A DNA stretch of 64,000 nt from Bugula neritina (Eukaryota; Animalia; Bryozoa), in contig OZ037768.1 in the NCBI GenBank assembly GCA_964035545.1, positions 10,076,741 through 10,140,740 on the forward strand. The letters run 5' to 3'. Positions 63,505-64,000 of the stretch are shown piece after piece. The notes under the pieces were generated by a model. The model worked only from the letters and a program-made list of their open reading frames with translations, made no database searches and was not told the origin of the DNA. Position 1 is the first letter of the stretch. Every line of letters starts with the position of its first letter. The translations under genes were made by a program, and so were the position numbers.

Positions 63505-64000
63505 TGCAGTTTATAAATGGTCTCAAAAATGGAGAATACCCTTCAATATCACCAAATGCCATGCGATGAGTTTTAATACTACAGATACACTTCCAACATA
63601 TAAGCTTGGACAGGCAAGTATCCCATGGGTGGACAGCACTAAGTACCTAGGGGTCACTCTGCAGCAAGATCTTAATTTTAATCAACATATTTCTCAAAAG
63701 ATAGATAAGGCAACAAAAATTTTTGGAGCTACTAAGTATACACTAAACTGTGCCCCAATACCAAGCAAGCTGCTGGCTTACACTAGCTTATGTAGGCCAA
63801 TACTAGAATATGCTGACACTTTATGGGACCCTGCAAAAAAGCACACAGCAGAACAAATTGAAAACGTGCAACGAAAAGCTGCACGTTTCATCAGCAACCT
63901 AAGAGGGAGAGAGAGTGTGAGCGACGCAAGACAGCGGCTTGGTCTCCTACCGCTAGTTGACAGGAGAAAGAACCACAGAATCACCTTACTGTTACGCATT
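63505..64000 (+). mobile_element. LINE RT 3' fragment related to the 50867 element, running off the window
   Basis: WSQKWRIPFNITKC...KYLGVTLQQDLNFNQHI...KLLAYTSLCRPILEYADTLWDP...IENVQRKAARFISNLRGR. Confidence 0.88.

Noticed and set aside
1-64000. Most 60-130-aa ORFs in the supplied track
   Set aside because: They are exon fragments read into introns, antisense shadows of real coding regions, or chance ORFs with alternative start codons.

Overview
AT-rich, intron-dense genomic DNA from an invertebrate animal; the species cannot be assigned from sequence alone. Five conserved spliced genes can be reconstructed: TBC1D32/BROMI (+, 2938-15947), UBE3B (-, 18099-29672), a CNBP-like CCHC zinc-knuckle protein (-, 48064-48982), RBM45 (+, 54367-60378) and DCTN3 (-, 60603-62718). 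Between UBE3B and CNBP lies a ~14-kb block (32258-46224) bounded by two direct copies of a defective Buster/Charlie-type hAT element. One 8-bp target duplication (TCATAGAT) flanks the whole block and a second (GTTTATGG) sits at the two inner junctions, so the block appears to have arrived as one unit. Its cargo is a spliced gene for a secreted WSC + PAN/Apple-like protein with a duplicated last exon. That gene is interrupted by an intact Mag-like Ty3/Gypsy element with identical LTRs. Also present are CR1/L2-group LINE fragments, tRNA-derived elements, several MITEs, tandem repeats that multiply splice donors, and cryptic 6-bp-periodic tracts that recur next to each housekeeping-gene 5' end.
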